A DNA stretch of 18,454 nt from the UHGV virus genome UHGV-0087300. One strand, 5' to 3'. A program made the position numbers and the translations under genes. Of this stretch, positions 1-18,454 are shown piece after piece (the first letter of the stretch is position 1; the number at the start of each line of letters is the position of its first letter). This stretch comes from a virus. Under the pieces are notes generated by a model, which did no database searches, was not told the DNA's origin, and saw only the letters and a program-made list of their open reading frames with translations.

Positions 1-17844
<17,844 letters not shown>

Positions 17845-17845
17845 A

Positions 17846-17954
<109 letters not shown>

Positions 17955-17955
17955 T

Positions 17956-18123
<168 letters not shown>

Positions 18124-18124
18124 C

Positions 18125-18454
<330 letters not shown>

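Overview
AT-rich (roughly 35-40% GC by eye) 18.5-kb window that is almost entirely the late/structural module of a lambda-like siphovirus (prophage or phage contig), all on the minus strand. Order from high to low coordinate: terminase small subunit, GpA-family terminase large subunit, an unknown 181-aa protein, lambda-type portal, an HK97-type prohead protease / acidic scaffold / major capsid ORF, two small connector-position ORFs, a ~3.5-kb tail-fibre region whose N-terminus is a tail-tube-like domain and whose C-terminus is an S74-type intramolecular chaperone, the major tail tube protein, G/T-like chaperones, tape measure protein, M/L/K/I-position tail-tip proteins, and a gpJ-like tail tip protein truncated by the window start. 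At the 3' edge a divergently transcribed plus-strand gene begins: a P-loop ATPase of the OLD/AAA15 type, with only 67 codons visible. Nearly every large gene is broken into 2-5 reading-frame segments (about 20 breaks in total), so this is either an indel-rich assembly or a decaying prophage, and that limits every call. No rRNA, tRNA, CRISPR array, integrase or transposase was recognised. I do not see a complete novel system inside the window. The best leads are the tube-domain/fibre chimera with recurrent frame breaks at a conserved repeat motif, and the ATPase gene that runs off the 3' end. All homology statements are from reading the translations by eye against remembered family signatures; no database search was run.
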